Positions 63,458 through 64,000 of a DNA stretch of 64,000 nt are shown here, one piece after another. The DNA lies in assembly GCA_951406725.2 (NCBI GenBank), contig OX597815.1:71114001-71178000 (forward strand), read 5' to 3'. The position numbers and the translations under genes are program-made. Every line of letters starts with the position of its first letter. The first letter of the stretch is position 1. The DNA comes from Octopus vulgaris (taxonomy: Eukaryota). The notes beneath the pieces are model-generated. The model was not told the origin of the DNA, searched no databases, and saw nothing but the letters and a program-made list of their open reading frames with translations.

Positions 63458-63498
63458 TGCAATACATCACGTTTTCCTTCCTTAGTAATCTCGAGGCT

Positions 63499-63552
63499 TT
63501 GTGTAAAGTTCTCCTTATGTGTAAAGTTCTCCTTTGTGTAAAGTTCTCCTTA
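63499..63552. repeat. Short tandem repeat TGTGTAAAGTTCTCCT x3
   Basis: Direct sequence. Confidence 0.9.
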
Positions 63553-64000
63553 TCCCCTCTCTGTAGTCAGTATTTATGGCACATACACACAATATAAAAT
63601 ATTATTAATCCTAACTACAGAGAAGAAGATAAGGACAGCTTATAACGAATTTACATGGGAAGGGGAAATGTGACGTATTGTTTAAGTATATTCCAAGAAC
63701 ATAATGCTATTTATATAGAATGAAATATCTTCGAGCGGGAACAGCCCCCAAAATGCCAACGAAAAGTTTACTTCCAGCTTTAGGCTACAAAAATCAGTAG
63801 AATTATGCTTCACAAAGACTAACTAAAACTGACGGAGCAACACAGAGTGTGAGATACTATTGTATATAGTGTCGGAAACAGTCCAGAATCCAATTACACT
63901 TGGAACGTTCTCTGCAAAGAATCCAAATAACCACAATTGTGAAATGTAAGTAGGGAGTAAATAATATGAACAACATCTTGTGTTTATATTTTTTTCCAAT

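Overview
Eukaryotic, AT-rich, microsatellite-dense non-coding DNA, most likely from an octopus (coleoid cephalopod); the taxon is inferred from recognising the SINE families, not from a search. No intact host protein-coding gene is supported. Almost all listed ORFs are microsatellite translations or transposon remnants. The window is a mosaic of tRNA-derived SINEs (my labels A-E), non-LTR retrotransposon fragments (R4/Dong-like, CR1/L2-group, RTE, L1/Tx1-like), Penelope-like elements (RT, GIY-YIG), mariner/pogo remnants and MITEs. The most notable signal is a set of type I hammerhead ribozyme motifs, one with an intact core at 36676-36737. Several sit in unrelated 350-550 bp non-coding units arranged in tandem or inverted copies next to (TA)n, as expected for retrozyme-like or Penelope pseudo-LTR elements. 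Also notable: one SINE family has two alternative 3' tails, each resembling the 3' end of a different LINE in this window; a nest of Dong-like elements in (TAA)n; two short templated insertions; and a probable assembly mosaic at about 40.7-41.8 kb. Repeat boundaries were read by eye and are approximate.
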